The notes below the pieces were generated by a model that made no database searches, had not been told where the DNA came from, and saw nothing but the letters and a program-made list of their open reading frames with translations. This document shows positions 58,818-60,533 of a stretch of DNA of 60,533 nt, piece after piece. Numbering within the stretch: the stretch's first letter is position 1; each line of letters begins with the position of its first letter. The position numbers and the translations under genes were made by a program. The stretch is taken from NCBI GenBank assembly GCA_036741615.1, contig DAINRW010000001.1, positions 9,159 to 69,691 on the forward strand, given 5' to 3'. The DNA comes from Nitrososphaera sp. GTDB taxonomy: Archaea > Thermoproteota > Nitrososphaeria > Nitrososphaerales > Nitrososphaeraceae.

Positions 58818-59456
58818 ATGGAACCAAAGGCAAATTCTGATCAATTGGACAGTAACGGGATAGTAGTAAACAAGGCAAAGACGGACTACCCTGTTAGTGA
58901 AATCATATCAAGGAGATGGAGTGCGAGGGCATTTTCTACTAGGCCAGTAGAATTCTCAAAATTATTATCAATTTTAGAAGCTGCAAGATGGGCTCCGTCA
59001 TCCCGCAACGAACAACCATGGCGGTATATCGTTTTCACCAATGACAGTCCTGAAATGCTAAGTAAAGCACAATCTGTTCTGAAAGAAATAAACGATTATT
59101 CCAAGAGGGCTCCGATCTTGATCTGTGCAATAACCAAGAAAACATATTCCGAGAATGGAAGCCTTAACAGACTTCATTTTCATGATCTTGGAGCAGCAAA
59201 TGAGAATATGTTTCTCGAAGCATTTAATCAAGGGCTAATAATGCATGAAATGGGTGGTTTTGATGTACAGAAAGCCCGAGAGATTTTTGATGTCCCGGAT
59301 GACTACGAGGTAGGTATCATGATTGCAATAGGATATCAAGACACGTATCATGTGCTACCTGACAGACTAAAGCAGAAGGCATTTACACCAAGAGAAAGAA
59401 AGCCATTATCTGAAATTGCATTTATTGAAAAGATGGGCAACGGAATAAGAATATAG
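58818..59456 (+). CDS. Nitroreductase family protein
   Basis: RRWSARAF, EAARWAPSSRNEQPW, DLGAA, HEMGGFD, RERKPL. Confidence 0.95.
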   Translation: MEPKANSDQLDSNGIVVNKAKTDYPVSEIISRRWSARAFSTRPVEFSKLLSILEAARWAPSSRNEQPWRYIVFTNDSPEMLSKAQSVLKEINDYSKRAPILICAITKKTYSENGSLNRLHFHDLGAANENMFLEAFNQGLIMHEMGGFDVQKAREIFDVPDDYEVGIMIAIGYQDTYHVLPDRLKQKAFTPRERKPLSEIAFIEKMGNGIRI

Positions 59457-59797
59457 CTGATGCTTAAGGTCATTCTCGCGTGTCTGAATAACTCACGACG
59501 CTCAGATCCGCAAAGTTAGGTAATAAAAAAAGAAAACGATCAGATAGAATCGACTTGATAAGTACAATAACATCTCGTAGAGTCTCGCGAGACGTCGAGC
59601 CCTGGAGGAAGCAAAGAGATAGTCCGAGGCGTATTTAACAAACTGTGTGTAATCAAATGCTTTTTCGTATCGATTCTGTTATTGAATCCATTGTCAAACA
59701 GCATTTGTTGTGCCTTTTATTGCTACTCTGGGATCTTGCAATCAGTTTTAGGACTATAAAATGCAATTTACTTTCTCAATTTATACGTGATGATAAC

Positions 59798-60289
59798 TCA
59801 TAGTCTGATTTTTAGCTGTGATTCTTTTACTTCCTGTTGCCAAGTGTGAGTAAGGCTAACCATTACTGCCAGGGTCCTTGATTTTTGACTGGTGCTAGGA
59901 GAAGATCTATTGCTTAAGATGAATGCATATGCATCGCTTACGGTCGGCCTAAAGACATCATTAATTCTCCGCCCATTATTCCTATAATGTACCGTTATAT
60001 TCGTTATACTGCTATTATTAGGATGGTGAGAAGCATCACTGTTTTTCCATGTGGAAACATCTTTTCTACTAATTATGAATACCTCAATTTGATCCCAGGT
60101 GTGAAGGCCTTTTGCTTCTATATTAAAGGACAATCTATAATCAAGCATTAATAGCAAATTTACACCAAAATACAAAATCTCAAATCCGTCTGTGTTCCCA
60201 GCAGGTATGTTTAGTTCGTTGATACTCCTCATAACATGAGGAAGAACTTTGACCATAGTTTTCTGGTGCATAACCGCACTATATTTCAT
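59798..60289 (-). CDS. Hypothetical protein, possibly degenerate (beta-rich C-terminal half)
   Basis: 163-aa ORF; the C-terminal part looks like a beta-sandwich, the N-terminal part is unconvincing. Confidence 0.35.
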   Translation of the reverse strand: MKYSAVMHQKTMVKVLPHVMRSINELNIPAGNTDGFEILYFGVNLLLMLDYRLSFNIEAKGLHTWDQIEVFIISRKDVSTWKNSDASHHPNNSSITNITVHYRNNGRRINDVFRPTVSDAYAFILSNRSSPSTSQKSRTLAVMVSLTHTWQQEVKESQLKIRL

Positions 60290-60533
60290 AGATCCCTTTA
60301 AAGACGTGATTGCTTTCTAGACGACGGGTATTCATAAAATACGAGAGGTGTGGTATATTCTAATTCCCAGCCAGTTAACTGACTAACCTGATCGGTTCTT
60401 GTATTCTCTATCATCTAATTCCTCGCATTCCTTCGACCCAAAGATATATCGTACCTGGCTTTAGTGGAGGAACGTGATAATGCTCTTAGCAGTAACACCT
60501 AACGCTTATTCGGGGCCTTGAGGGCTGTTAGCG

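Noticed and set aside
59572..59593. ATCTCGTAGAG match to tRNA-Gln intron 3, and the palindrome GTCTCGCGAGAC
   Set aside because: An 11-nt match and a single palindrome are compatible with chance
1..60533. CRISPR array, rRNA, transposase, amo genes
   Set aside because: No regularly spaced repeats or diagnostic sequences were seen

Overview
A 60.5 kb chromosomal segment of an ammonia-oxidising archaeon, most likely Nitrososphaerota (Nitrososphaeraceae-like). This is inferred from archaeal information genes (TFB, Spt5, L32e/L19e, exosome superoperon, Rpo3), PEF-CTERM-type surface proteins, HTH_45 regulators, a MEDS protein, a GvpD-like ATPase and a class III cyclase. Bases ~1-50,000 are mostly core genome: prs, rnz, dtdA, sirC-hemA-hemB, nadK, nob1, xpf, pfdB, pcc1, rrp42/41/4, SBDS, rpoD-rpl18e-rpl13-rps9, ilvA, HMG-CoA synthase, sod and pckA. 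The last ~10 kb is a looser accessory region (MEDS, hydrolase, CBS, HExxH protein, LLM, SagB-like and nitroreductase flavoproteins). There are two tRNA genes: tRNA-Gly(GCC), and a tRNA-Gln(CUG) split by three BHB introns. Best leads: (i) an uncharacterised abutting pair of a wHTH/coiled-coil/wHTH protein and an AAA+ ATPase with a nuclease-like C-terminus; (ii) the triple-intron tRNA-Gln; (iii) a TFB, PPP phosphatase, twin wHTH and KaiC/GvpD ATPase regulatory cluster beside an egghead-like glycosyltransferase; (iv) a fused Zfx-type ferredoxin with all four zinc ligands replaced; (v) Spt5 with an acidic N-terminal extension; (vi) an unannotated 29-aa membrane microprotein; (vii) a frameshifted PEF-CTERM anchor; (viii) REP-like hairpins. 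No CRISPR array, transposase, integrase or rRNA was seen. All calls come from motif recognition by eye; no searches were run.
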